64,000 nt of DNA from an uncultured Chlorobiaceae bacterium (GTDB lineage Bacteria > Bacteroidota > Chlorobiia > Chlorobiales > Chlorobiaceae), in the NCBI GenBank assembly GCA_903866255.1, contig CAIPMW010000029.1, positions 13,689 through 77,688 on the forward strand, read 5' to 3'. The notes below the pieces were generated by a model. That model did no database searches. It was not told the origin of the DNA and saw only the letters and a list, made by a program, of their open reading frames with translations. Positions 42,147 to 51,913 of this stretch are shown piece by piece (the first letter of the stretch is position 1; each line of letters begins with the position of its first letter). The translations under genes and the position numbers were made by a program.

Positions 42147-43445
42147 ATGAGGCTGTTTCGTTTTGATGGGGAGTTGAACACTATTGCCAGAATCTTCCTC
42201 TCTGTCTCTGTCACCGTTATTGCGCTTGCCTCTTTTTTTGGAGCAGCGGGAGCCCTGACTGGCAATCTTTTTTTATTGAAGCTGCATCCCTATCTCTTTT
42301 TTATTGGATTTGGCAACCTTGCCATACTCATTTTCAACCGCTATTTAACTGCTGCCATTTATCCTGAGCTGAAGATTGATCCATCAAAGCAGTTGCATTA
42401 CATTTATGCCATACTCTTTGCGCTTTTCATGATTACCGTTTCAATTGCCATGGAGTGGCCTCTTTTGAAAGCCGTGACAGGGTTGCTGCTCATGGTTATT
42501 GTTGCAGGACCAATCAAAGAGATTTTTACGACGCTCTCTGTACCGAGAATCTGGAAAGAGGTTTCGGTGCGCTATTACATTTTTGATGTGCTTTTTTTAC
42601 TCGTTGCCAATATCGGTCTTTTCACACTCGGCCTTAAAGAGGCTTTTCCAAATCTGCGGATTATTCCTTTCTTTGTAACCCAGTCCTCCTATTTTCTTGG
42701 CTCATCATTTCCACTCAGTATCAGTGTGATGGGTTTTCTCTATACCTACGCATGGAGCAGCTCCTCGAAGCGTGAGCTGGCAAAACGGCTGTTCAGTCTC
42801 TGGTTTTATGTTTTTGTTGGCGGAGTTCTCTTTTTTCTGATTGTGATCCTGCTTGAGAACTATCTGAGCATGATGATGATAAGCCATATTCTGCTTCTTG
42901 GTGTCATGGCTCTTCTCGGAAGTTTTACAATCTACCTTTATAATTTTTTCAGAAACAAGTTTCATCATCCAGCCCTTGCCTTTCTGTTGAGTGGCATTGC
43001 CCTTCTTTTTGCGACAGGCGGTTTCGGTATTATGAACATCTATTATCTCAAGGGAGTTCATTTCGGAACACTTCCCCCACTTCGTTTCGACAGAATGTGG
43101 ATTTACCATTCCCATACTCACGCGGCATTACTTGGATGGATAACCTTCTCCTTCATCGGAATGATCTACATCGTTATTCCTTCAATCATCTGCTCAAATT
43201 CTCTTGAAACTCTGAGAAGCAAGAATGCACTCTCACTACTGGTTGGCCAGGGTGTCATGAAGAGGGCCTTCGTGCAGCTTACGGTATTGCTGTTGTCATC
43301 TTCAGCTATTCTTCTCGCATTTTTTCTCAACAACAACCTTCTGCTTGGTGGGGCGGGTTTCGCCTATGGTTGTGCGGTCTATTATTTGAGAGTCAATCTT
43401 CACCAGACAAATACGAACAGTCTAACCATAACATCACTCACATAA
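42147..43445 (+). CDS. Polytopic membrane protein with His-containing TM motifs (NnrS / heme-copper-oxidase-like repeat)
   Basis: About 12 TM; LHPYLFFIGF and HSHTHAALLGW..F..IGMIY motifs. Confidence 0.55.
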   Translation: MRLFRFDGELNTIARIFLSVSVTVIALASFFGAAGALTGNLFLLKLHPYLFFIGFGNLAILIFNRYLTAAIYPELKIDPSKQLHYIYAILFALFMITVSIAMEWPLLKAVTGLLLMVIVAGPIKEIFTTLSVPRIWKEVSVRYYIFDVLFLLVANIGLFTLGLKEAFPNLRIIPFFVTQSSYFLGSSFPLSISVMGFLYTYAWSSSSKRELAKRLFSLWFYVFVGGVLFFLIVILLENYLSMMMISHILLLGVMALLGSFTIYLYNFFRNKFHHPALAFLLSGIALLFATGGFGIMNIYYLKGVHFGTLPPLRFDRMWIYHSHTHAALLGWITFSFIGMIYIVIPSIICSNSLETLRSKNALSLLVGQGVMKRAFVQLTVLLLSSSAILLAFFLNNNLLLGGAGFAYGCAVYYLRVNLHQTNTNSLTITSLT

Positions 43446-43452
43446 AGATATT

Positions 43453-43824
43453 ATGCAGATTACAGCAAAACTTGCCTCTATTCTTCCCGAACAGACGGGT
43501 AACGGAAAAAATGGCCCATGGAAAAAACAGGATATCATTGTTGAAACTGATGGGCAATATTCGAAAAAAGTATGCATTTCGTTATGGGGTGAGAAGCACG
43601 ACAGAAACCTGCTTAAAGTGGGATCAAAGCTCAATATTTCGTTTGATATTGAAAGCCGCGAGTTTAACGGGAAGTGGTATACCGATGTCAAGGCCTGGAA
43701 AATTGAGGGTGTTAACGAGGGGGGGGGAGCTGCTTCATATTACGATGAGCCAGCAACTTACGCTCCGCCCACTTTTGAGAGTGACAGCGGAAGTGTTATT
43801 TCAAATGACGATTGTCCATTCTGA
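43453..43824 (+). CDS. DUF3127 protein (SSB-like OB fold with acidic tail)
   Basis: W.KQD.IVET.GQY.KK, SFDIESREFNGKWYTD..AWKI, C-terminal DDCPF. Confidence 0.85.
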   Translation: MQITAKLASILPEQTGNGKNGPWKKQDIIVETDGQYSKKVCISLWGEKHDRNLLKVGSKLNISFDIESREFNGKWYTDVKAWKIEGVNEGGGAASYYDEPATYAPPTFESDSGSVISNDDCPF

Positions 43825-43848
43825 GTGTGACATGCTTATTATGGTCGG

Positions 43849-43878
43849 CTGCAGGGAAAGAGAACTCTTTCCCTGCAG
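43849..43878. terminator. Perfect 13-bp hairpin after DUF3127 gene
   Basis: CTGCAGGGAAAGA-GAAC-TCTTTCCCTGCAG; no clear U-tract. Confidence 0.5.
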
Positions 43879-44064
43879 TGTATGACGTTTGGCTGCAAAC
43901 GCTAATTTCCTTTTTTGTAACAATCCCGTTTTTGTAAAAGGACAAGGAAAATTGTAGATTTGGGCCAGATTGACGGGTAACTCATGGCTAACGGTTCATG
44001 AGAAAAAGGTCCTTCTCCTGTTCAATCGAAATGCCGGGTTTTGTCAACATCCAACTCAACGGAT

Positions 44065-45333
44065 ATGGATTTTTTTTCCGTTCTCTACTTCCGGTTTAAA
44101 AAAGTCTGGAAAGCGGTTCGTCTCTATCTCGTTATTGCTGGTCCCGGCCTCGTGGTGATGATTGCTGACAATGATGCTGGCGGTATAACAACCTATGCAG
44201 CAACAGGCGCGAAGTATGGTTATCATTTGATATGGTTTCTGCTTCTTCTCATTCCTATAGCCTATTATGTGCAGGAGATGACCGTAAGGCTGGGCGCTGT
44301 AACCAAACGGGGGCATGCCGAGGCTATTTTTGAAAGTTTCGGTGCCTTCTGGGGGTGGTTTTCACTGATTGACCTTATGATTGTTGACTGGCTGACGCTT
44401 GTCACCGAGTTTGTGGGGATGACATCTGCTCTTGCTATTTTTGGCGTTCCGGCCTGGATAACGGTCATTTGTGTGATTTTGCTCATGGGTATGGTCGTGC
44501 TGAATGGGCGATACTGGACTTGGGAAAAAATTGCCCTCGGATTCTGTCTGCTGAACCTTATCTATATTCCGGCGGCATTTATGGTCAATCCTTCTGTTGC
44601 TGACATCGTTGGTAAGGGGTTGATTCCCAATCTTCCCGGTGGTCTCACTAATGAGCTCTTTTTCCTCCTGATGGCTAATATTGGCACAACCATTGCGCCA
44701 TGGATGCTCTTTTTCCAGCAAAGCTCCGTTGTCGACAAGGGGTTGCTCGAAAAAGATATCAAGATGGGCAAGGTCGACACCTTTATTGGTTCTGTAATTA
44801 CTGTCACTGTTGCTGTCTTTGTCGTTATTGTTACCGGAACGCTACTCCATGGTGTTCCGATTGACGATGCGGCCACTGCTGCCAAACTGTTAATGCAGAG
44901 CAACCATTATATTGGGGCGTTTATGGCAATAGGTTTGTTCAACGCTGGTTTACTTGGTGCAATCTGCATATCACTGGCAAGTTCCTGGGCTTTCGGAGAG
45001 ATCTTTGGCTGGGCGCACTCCCTCAACACCAAAGTAAAGGAAGCTCCCTGGTTTTATATCTCATTTTTCATAACTCTTGTTACTGCCGGGATTGTTCCTT
45101 TGATACCGGGTGCTCCGCTTGTGCTTATCACTCTTTTTGTGCAGGTTGTCGCGGTAACGCTTCTGCCCGCAGCTTTGGTGTTTCTGATTTTGCTGCTTAA
45201 CGACAAAAAAACGATGGGGGAGTATGCCAATACCCCTCTTCAGAATATAGTCAGCACCACCATTGTGGGGGGAATTATCATACTTTCGACAATGTATGGT
45301 GTCAGTGCACTTTTTCCCAACATATTCCAGTAA
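44065..45333 (+). CDS. NRAMP-related divalent cation (probably Mg2+) transporter
   Basis: GPGL, DNDAGGITTY, QEMTVRLG.VT, GTTIAPWMLF, LLLNDK..MG. Confidence 0.88.
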   Translation: MDFFSVLYFRFKKVWKAVRLYLVIAGPGLVVMIADNDAGGITTYAATGAKYGYHLIWFLLLLIPIAYYVQEMTVRLGAVTKRGHAEAIFESFGAFWGWFSLIDLMIVDWLTLVTEFVGMTSALAIFGVPAWITVICVILLMGMVVLNGRYWTWEKIALGFCLLNLIYIPAAFMVNPSVADIVGKGLIPNLPGGLTNELFFLLMANIGTTIAPWMLFFQQSSVVDKGLLEKDIKMGKVDTFIGSVITVTVAVFVVIVTGTLLHGVPIDDAATAAKLLMQSNHYIGAFMAIGLFNAGLLGAICISLASSWAFGEIFGWAHSLNTKVKEAPWFYISFFITLVTAGIVPLIPGAPLVLITLFVQVVAVTLLPAALVFLILLLNDKKTMGEYANTPLQNIVSTTIVGGIIILSTMYGVSALFPNIFQ

Positions 45334-45348
45334 TTAAGGTATCAGGCA

Positions 45349-45525
45349 ATGAGGACGCTCAATCAGTTTTTCAGCAAGATCCGGGAGATCAACCAGCGCT
45401 ACGCACACCCGACGGTGGTAATGTCGCGAGGTGTCAAATTCTCTCTGGCGGTACTTCGTATTTATCTTTTTCTGCTCGTTGTGCTGATGATCTACAAATT
45501 CATCACCGTCATCAAGGTTGTATAA
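45349..45525 (+). CDS. Small 58-aa membrane protein
   Basis: Hand translation MRTLNQFFSKIREINQRYAHPTVVMSRGVKFSLAVLRIYLFLLVVLMIYKFITVIKVV*; fills the gap between two operon genes; one TM. Confidence 0.7.
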   Translation: MRTLNQFFSKIREINQRYAHPTVVMSRGVKFSLAVLRIYLFLLVVLMIYKFITVIKVV

Positions 45526-45538
45526 AACCGAAAAACCA

Positions 45539-46789
45539 ATGATAACAGTACTGGATCGTGAATTTTTTCTCAGTGAGATTGTCGGTCGGCGCATCTATCT
45601 GAAGTCGAACTCAATCGGCAAACTCAAGGATCTTGTTATCCAGGAGAATGCTGGTAAAATTCCGGAAGTGACTCACCTGCTGGTTCAACGCCCCTACGGC
45701 GACCCTAATCTGCTGATTCCCTGGGAGAACATTACTCTCATCTCCAACACAGAGATTGTTGCTGATATCGGAAATGCAGAGGAATATGTGCTGAACCCGA
45801 TCAATAACCATATTTTTCTCAAAGACTACATTCTCGACAAGAAAATTCTTGATATGGATGGTCATGAGGTAGAGGTGGTCTATGATGTTAAAATTGTATT
45901 TCAGAACGAAAAGCTCTTTGTCAGTGAAGTTGATTTTAACCGCTTCCGTATTCTGCGACGTATGGGGTTTAAAAAGCTGGCTAACTACCTTGCCCGACAA
46001 AAAGAGGATTCGAGTATCTCATGGATGTACGTTCAGCCACTCCCTGAAACCATCGGAAGTTTTGAAGGCAATGTTAAACTGAGTGTGCTCAAGGAAAATA
46101 TTAACGATATCCATCCGGTTGATCTTGCCGATATTCTTGAAGAGCTTGAAGGAAATCAGCGTATAGCGGTTTTCAACGAGATTGAACCTGAGCTGGCCTC
46201 CGATACGCTCGAAGAGGTAGAACCAAGGGTGCAGAGAGAGCTGATACGCTCCATGCAAAAAGAGAAGGCTGCCGGGTTGATCAATGAAATGAGCCCGGCA
46301 CAGGTTGCCGGTATTCTTTCGGTACTTCCAGCCTCTGAAGCTGATGAGATTATCGAGTACGTCGATAGTGACAACAAAGAGCGGGTACAACAGATTATCG
46401 ATCAGAACGATGAAAACATTATGCTTTACTCTACCCAGCAGGTTATCAGGCGGCCAACCAATACGCTGGTCAAGGATGTGATCGATAATTTTCGGGAGGT
46501 GGCTGGTGACATGGATGTCATTATGTATGTCTATGTCGTGGACATCGATAATATTCTCCAGGGAGTTGTCGATATCAGGGAGCTGATTGCCGCCAGGCCC
46601 GGGCAGACCCTTGGCGACATAATGACTGATAACCTTATAACCCTCAGCCCTGACGACTCACTCCATGATGCTGTTGACATGTTTTTCCGCTATTCCTTTC
46701 GGGCCATCCCTATCAGTGATGATCAGGATCACCTCCTTGGAGTGGTCTCCTGTCACGATATCAAGGGGGTAAAGCCACGGTTTGACTGA
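45539..46789 (+). CDS. MgtE-like cytosolic domain protein (PRC-barrel + MgtE_N + CBS), no TM domain
   Basis: LDKKILD.DG, HPVDLADILEEL, YVYVVD..N.L.GVV..REL, CBS pair. Confidence 0.85.
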   Translation: MITVLDREFFLSEIVGRRIYLKSNSIGKLKDLVIQENAGKIPEVTHLLVQRPYGDPNLLIPWENITLISNTEIVADIGNAEEYVLNPINNHIFLKDYILDKKILDMDGHEVEVVYDVKIVFQNEKLFVSEVDFNRFRILRRMGFKKLANYLARQKEDSSISWMYVQPLPETIGSFEGNVKLSVLKENINDIHPVDLADILEELEGNQRIAVFNEIEPELASDTLEEVEPRVQRELIRSMQKEKAAGLINEMSPAQVAGILSVLPASEADEIIEYVDSDNKERVQQIIDQNDENIMLYSTQQVIRRPTNTLVKDVIDNFREVAGDMDVIMYVYVVDIDNILQGVVDIRELIAARPGQTLGDIMTDNLITLSPDDSLHDAVDMFFRYSFRAIPISDDQDHLLGVVSCHDIKGVKPRFD

Positions 46790-46871
46790 ATTTTTGAGAG
46801 AACCTGCCCAGCTCAATTATATCAAGTGAAGAAGCAGTCTGCCAGGCAAGATATTTCGATAGAGGAGTTCC

Positions 46872-47900
46872 TCAAGGAGTTATCTGTGTCTTAAGAATCA
46901 GTGGCAGGTGGTCCGAGTAGCCTCCCTTGTATGCTCTTCTCTCGTACGTTGGGTAAGGCTTTTTTCCGTTACTTTCAAGCATGGGTGGAAACCAGAAACA
47001 GCGGAACGACTCTTTTGATGCATGAAGTCCGATGCGGTCAAGCATACCTCCAGTCAGCAGAATATGGTCAATCTGTTGCCAGTGGTTGTTGAAAAAGTAG
47101 CTGCCAATTCCCTCATAGCCACTCCAGCAATTGTAAAGGAATTTGTGGCTCTCTGCTTTCACTCGCTCAGCATCGAAGGTGGAACCAAGTATCTGTGTCA
47201 GTGAGTTGTTTGATGTTTCATCATTAAAATCACCCATAACAACAATATCAGCTTTCGGATTTCCGACAAGAAGGCTGTCAAGAATATGTCGGGCAACTGT
47301 TGCAGCAGCAATTCGTTTTGGTTCAGTCCAGCCTGTATCAAAAGAGCGTGATGGCCAGTGGTTCAGAATCACCTGAAACGGATGGTTGTCTGCCGAAAAA
47401 CCTGCAACAATGATTTTTCTTGTTCCTCTGCCTGCAAGGGGAACGGTGTAGGCTTTTGATGATCCGGCACTGAGGGTTTTGGGATTCCAGGCAAGGGCGA
47501 TATCAATGCCTCTCGGGTCAGGAGATTCGTAGTAAATGGATTTGTAGGTAATGCCTTGAATCCCTGCGAGTGTCTCCTCAAAGAGGCTCTGTTTCTCTAC
47601 TTCTGCAAACGCAAGAACATCGGGATATTTCAGGTAGTCGGGGTGAGCCTGCACTGCGGAGATAACGTGGCGGATGCGCATCTGTTTGAGAAGAAGTTTT
47701 TTTTCGGTCCATTGCAGTTTTCCTCCCGGGGTGAAATCATTGTCATCTGTTTGAGCATCGTGACGGGTATCAAAGAGATTTTCAACGTTCCACCACATAA
47801 AAAGCACTGTTTTTTCCGTTTTTTGGCGCCCGATCGCTGAAGTACAAATCCATGAAGCGGCGATGAACAGTGAAAAAAAGCAACAGAGTAATTTTCGCAT
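46872..47900 (-). CDS. Secreted endonuclease/exonuclease/phosphatase-family protein
   Basis: Signal-like N-term, WNVENLFD, SPDPRGID, NHWPSR, MGDFND, GGYSDHLP. Confidence 0.88.
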   Translation of the reverse strand: MRKLLCCFFSLFIAASWICTSAIGRQKTEKTVLFMWWNVENLFDTRHDAQTDDNDFTPGGKLQWTEKKLLLKQMRIRHVISAVQAHPDYLKYPDVLAFAEVEKQSLFEETLAGIQGITYKSIYYESPDPRGIDIALAWNPKTLSAGSSKAYTVPLAGRGTRKIIVAGFSADNHPFQVILNHWPSRSFDTGWTEPKRIAAATVARHILDSLLVGNPKADIVVMGDFNDETSNNSLTQILGSTFDAERVKAESHKFLYNCWSGYEGIGSYFFNNHWQQIDHILLTGGMLDRIGLHASKESFRCFWFPPMLESNGKKPYPTYERRAYKGGYSDHLPLILKTQITP

Positions 47901-48010
47901 AACCTCTTTCGCTGTAAATTTTTTCTTTACCATAATGATTATGTAACTTACGCAACTTAATCTGCATTATTGATCTTTCAATATTTTTCTCAAACGATCC
48001 GGAAAGCATT

Positions 48011-48406
48011 ATGACCCAGCGGAGTGATGTTAAAGATCAGGCAAAAGATATTCTCGAAGAGACCCTTGACAGGGAGGCAGTTATTGTGCTGTCAAGGATT
48101 TCCGAAGAGATGCAACTACTTTTTCTTGCGCATCCGGATCCAGAAGCCGACAAAGTAAAAGAGATTGTGACCGGTTTTTTTCTTGAAAGCGGAAAATCAG
48201 AGCAGTTTATTGACGACTGGATCCAAACCTCTGAAGAGTACAGCCGTACAAGGGGGCTGAGTCACCCGGATCAGCCGAAAGCGATGCTTTCCGATTTTGG
48301 CGTTTTCAGGTTTATGAGCTTTTTGAAAGACAAGGGGTTGACTGATGAGCAGATCACTATTGTTCTGACCGGAGCAGTTCAGCAGGCAGCCACTCATCAG
48401 CGGTGA
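48011..48406 (+). CDS. Hypothetical protein
   Basis: 131-aa helical ORF with normal composition, upstream of purC. Confidence 0.7.
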   Translation: MTQRSDVKDQAKDILEETLDREAVIVLSRISEEMQLLFLAHPDPEADKVKEIVTGFFLESGKSEQFIDDWIQTSEEYSRTRGLSHPDQPKAMLSDFGVFRFMSFLKDKGLTDEQITIVLTGAVQQAATHQR

Positions 48407-48485
48407 GGGTGATCAAGAGAGACAATAGTTCTGGCAGTAAGGGTTATCATCACCGATAACTCATTTAATATAAAAACGTTTTATC

Positions 48486-49196
48486 ATGAAAAAGAGTACA
48501 CAGCTTTATGAAGGCAAGGCCAAGAAGGTTTTTTTGACAGACGACAGTGACCTGGTGATACAGGAGTTCAAAGACGATGCTACAGCGTTCAATAACAAGA
48601 AAAAGGGGACGATTTCCGAGAAAGGGGTGGTAAACAATGCTATCTCCTGCAAACTTTTTACCATGCTTGAAGAGCACGGAATTCGTACTCATCTGGTTGA
48701 GAAGCTTTCCGACCGCGAGATGCTTTGCCGTCATCTCGATATTATCAAGGTTGAAGTTGTGGCACGAAACATTGCTGCCGGTTCGTTGGTGAAGCGGTAT
48801 GGGTTTGCAGAGGGCACTGTTCTTGAGCATCCGATTATAGAGTTTTATCTGAAGGATGATGAGCTTGATGATCCGTTGATGAACGAATCTCACGCCGTAG
48901 CGCTTGGGGTGGCCACGTTTGAAGAACTCTCCGTCCTGAAAGAACGTGCCGAGGCAATTAATGCGTTGCTCAAGCAGTTTTTTGCAGAGAGGAAACTGAA
49001 ACTTGTGGATTTCAAGCTTGAGTTTGGTCGTCACAAAGGCGAAATTCTTCTGGGTGATGAGATAAGCCCGGATACCTGCCGTTTCTGGGATCTTGAAACG
49101 AATGAAAAAATGGACAAGGATCGTTTTCGGTTTGATCTTGGTGGTGTTGAGCATGCGTATGGCGAGGTACAAAGAAGAGTGCTTGAGCTTGACTGA
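48486..49196 (+). CDS. purC: SAICAR synthase
   Basis: LYEGKAK, FKDDATAFN, EVVARN.AAGS, DFKLEFG, DEISPDTCRFWD. Confidence 0.97.
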   Translation: MKKSTQLYEGKAKKVFLTDDSDLVIQEFKDDATAFNNKKKGTISEKGVVNNAISCKLFTMLEEHGIRTHLVEKLSDREMLCRHLDIIKVEVVARNIAAGSLVKRYGFAEGTVLEHPIIEFYLKDDELDDPLMNESHAVALGVATFEELSVLKERAEAINALLKQFFAERKLKLVDFKLEFGRHKGEILLGDEISPDTCRFWDLETNEKMDKDRFRFDLGGVEHAYGEVQRRVLELD

Positions 49197-49229
49197 AACT
49201 TTCTGTAATCAGTAATAACGGGTTTGTAC

Positions 49230-49874
49230 ATGGTTGAATCTGCGATTGCCTGGCTGCAACATGCTGACCCGTATGCGGTCTACCTGTTTCTGTTTCTGAT
49301 AGCGTTCCTTGAAAATGTTATTCCGCCTATACCCGGTGATGTGCCAATTGCCTTTATCGGGTATCTTATTTACGAACATGGCGGAATCACCTTCGTCAGT
49401 GCCCTGTTGTGGGCAACACTTGGATCCTCTGCGGGGTTCATGCTTGTTTATGCACTGAGCAGCTCGCTTGGTTTGAAGTTATATGCAGAAGGGGAAAACG
49501 CGGTTCAACATCGGCTCTCAAAAAGTGTTCACCGCTTTTTTCCTCCTTCTGATATGGATTTGCTGAGGCAGAAGTTTGCGGCTCATGGTTATCTTGCAGT
49601 GCTGGCAAACCGTTTTTTGTTTGGTTCAAGGGCGGTTATTTCGGTTATGGCCGGATTGATGCATTTAAGGGCTTTTTTTGTTTTGTTGGCGGCCCTGGCC
49701 AGTGCGCTTGTCTGGAATACTCTCCTGCTGGCTGGTGGTTTTTTTCTTGGCAGCAATTGGCAGGATATCGGTGAGTATGTGGCATTATACAGTCTTCCTG
49801 TTTCCATTGTTTTTATTCTTGCGGTTGTATATTCTGTATGGAGTTTTGTCAGGCTAAAAAAACAAAGCAAGTGA
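49230..49874 (+). CDS. DedA/SNARE-associated membrane protein
   Basis: LENVIPPIPG, ANRFL.G.R, AG..H motifs. Confidence 0.88.
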   Translation: MVESAIAWLQHADPYAVYLFLFLIAFLENVIPPIPGDVPIAFIGYLIYEHGGITFVSALLWATLGSSAGFMLVYALSSSLGLKLYAEGENAVQHRLSKSVHRFFPPSDMDLLRQKFAAHGYLAVLANRFLFGSRAVISVMAGLMHLRAFFVLLAALASALVWNTLLLAGGFFLGSNWQDIGEYVALYSLPVSIVFILAVVYSVWSFVRLKKQSK

Positions 49875-49917
49875 TTGAGATTTTTCCTATAAATTTTCTT
49901 GACTATACCTATCCATC

Positions 49918-50829
49918 ATGTCAAAAGAGTTAAAACTTTATCCAACATCCAGGAAGGGTGTGCTGCTGGAGCTTGCCGGAACTGATGATCTCCAGGAGAT
50001 GGCTCGTCAGGTTCGTCGTGATATCATCAGGATGCTTGCCATGGCTAATTCCGGCCATACGGGAGGTTCTCTCGGTATGGCTGATGTGTTTACAGCCCTC
50101 TACTTCAGGGTGATGGAGCACGATCCTCACAACTTCTGGAATAATCATGACAAGGATCTTCTCTTTCTCTCTAATGGTCATATAGCTCCGGTGTGGTACA
50201 GTGTGCTGGCACGTTCAGGCTATTTCCCGCTTGACGAATTGAACTCACTTCGTCAGGTCAACTCTTTTCTCCAGGGTCATCCCGCCTCCGAATCGAAACT
50301 TCCGGGTATCAGGATTGCCTCAGGATCACTGGGCCAGGGTCTTTCCGTGGCTGTAGGCGCTGCGCTGGGCCTCAGGCTGGATAGTAAAAATGGTGACGTT
50401 TTCTGCCTGATGGGAGACGGTGAATGTCAGGAGGGGCAGATTTGGGAGGCAGCCATGAGTGCATCTCACTTCAGGCTTGGCAGCATTATCGGTATTGTTG
50501 ATTGTAATAATCTCCAGATTGACGGTGAGGTTTCTGACATTATGGGTGTGGAACCATTTGCTGACAAATGGCGCTCTTTTGGCTGGAATGTCTGCACCTG
50601 TGATGGCCATGATATTGAGAGCATTGTCAGCACGCTTGAAACCATCAAAGCCTCTTCTGATCGAAACATGCCTACGGTGGTTCTTGCTACGACCATTATG
50701 GGAAAAGGTGTGCCTTTTTTTGAGGGTTCCATGCCGGACAGGAGTAACTGGCACGGTAAACCGCCGTCGAAGGATGATGCCATAAAGGCTCTTGCCATTC
50801 TTGGCGAGACTGTGTTTGGTGACTTTTAG
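49918..50829 (+). CDS. Transketolase N-terminal (ThDP-binding) subunit
   Basis: SGHTGGSL, SNGH, LQGHP, GSLGQGLS, GDGECQEG, WHG. Confidence 0.92.
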   Translation: MSKELKLYPTSRKGVLLELAGTDDLQEMARQVRRDIIRMLAMANSGHTGGSLGMADVFTALYFRVMEHDPHNFWNNHDKDLLFLSNGHIAPVWYSVLARSGYFPLDELNSLRQVNSFLQGHPASESKLPGIRIASGSLGQGLSVAVGAALGLRLDSKNGDVFCLMGDGECQEGQIWEAAMSASHFRLGSIIGIVDCNNLQIDGEVSDIMGVEPFADKWRSFGWNVCTCDGHDIESIVSTLETIKASSDRNMPTVVLATTIMGKGVPFFEGSMPDRSNWHGKPPSKDDAIKALAILGETVFGDF

Positions 50830-50843
50830 TCTGAAGCTGCTTC

Positions 50844-51380
50844 GTGCAGATACTTGCAGGCACATACAGGGGGCGTAAAATTCGGAGTTCGTCGTCACAG
50901 GCCATACGTCCTTGCAGCAGCAGGGTCAAGAAGTCTCTTTTTGATACACTTGCGGCAAGGATTGATTTTGAAGGAATTTCTGTGCTTGATCTGTTTGCCG
51001 GATTTGGTACTCTCGGCTTTGAAACGCTTAGTCGAGGCGCAGCATCTGTCTCCTTTGTTGATCAGCATGTTGACGCACTGAAGGCGTTGAAGGCAACTGC
51101 CATTGAGTTAGGTGTACAGGAGCATGTCAGAATTGTCAATGCAGATGTTTCAGCGTTTCTCGGTCGTGCAACGGGCCAGTTTGACCTTCTCTTTTGTGAT
51201 CCACCTTACTCCTGGCTTGATTACAATCGACTGATTGAGAAGATTTTAGGTGGTGTCCTTCTTGCTGAAGAGGGTTTGTTGCTTATCGAACACAGCACAC
51301 AATTTATGTTTACATCATCGCCACATTACTCTTTTCATAAAGATTATGGTATGACAAGAGTTACCTTTTTCAAGCAATGA
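50844..51380 (+). CDS. rsmD: 16S rRNA m2G966 methyltransferase
   Basis: [26 protein letters not shown]. Confidence 0.9.
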   Translation: MQILAGTYRGRKIRSSSSQAIRPCSSRVKKSLFDTLAARIDFEGISVLDLFAGFGTLGFETLSRGAASVSFVDQHVDALKALKATAIELGVQEHVRIVNADVSAFLGRATGQFDLLFCDPPYSWLDYNRLIEKILGGVLLAEEGLLLIEHSTQFMFTSSPHYSFHKDYGMTRVTFFKQ

Positions 51381-51393
51381 CCTTTTCAGGACG

Positions 51394-51891
51394 ATGAAAC
51401 AAAAAGCCATTTATCCAGGCACCTTTGACCCATTCACCAATGGACATCTTGATGTACTTGAACGTGCGTTGAACATCTTTGAGGAGGTTGTGGTCGTCAT
51501 TGCAGAGAACTGTCATAAAAGCGCACTGTTCAGCGTTGATGAGCGCTTCATTATGACAAAACAGGTAACAGGTAACTATCCCGGAGTCAGTGTTGAGGTA
51601 CTCCATAAAGGATTACTTGCTGATTATGCCCGTCAGGTTGGCGCTCGAGCTATTGTCAGGGGGGTGAGACAGGTGAAAGATTTCGAGTATGAATTTCAGA
51701 TGTCGCTTCTCAATCGTCAACTCTATCCAGAGGTGACAACTGTTTTTCTTATGCCAAATGTCAAATATACCTATGTGGCTTCATCGATCATCAAGGAGGT
51801 TGCCATGCTGGGGGGAGATGTCAGGAAGTTTGTGCATCCTTGTGTTCTGAATATGATGCATAAAAAACGTGAAGAATATAACCAGAAATAA
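51394..51891 (+). CDS. coaD: Phosphopantetheine adenylyltransferase
   Basis: [30 protein letters not shown]. Confidence 0.97.
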   Translation: MKQKAIYPGTFDPFTNGHLDVLERALNIFEEVVVVIAENCHKSALFSVDERFIMTKQVTGNYPGVSVEVLHKGLLADYARQVGARAIVRGVRQVKDFEYEFQMSLLNRQLYPEVTTVFLMPNVKYTYVASSIIKEVAMLGGDVRKFVHPCVLNMMHKKREEYNQK

Positions 51892-51913
51892 TACTAACAA
51901 ACCATATTTGTTT

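Noticed and set aside
43719-43727. G9 run in the DUF3127 gene
   Set aside because: Encodes a Gly linker in frame; typical of SSB-like tails
43880-44064. Possible M-box or yybP-ykoY riboswitch before the NRAMP gene
   Set aside because: Could not find the conserved motifs; only small hairpins
49918-50829. Transketolase with only the N-terminal half
   Set aside because: Two-subunit transketolases are common; partner is probably elsewhere
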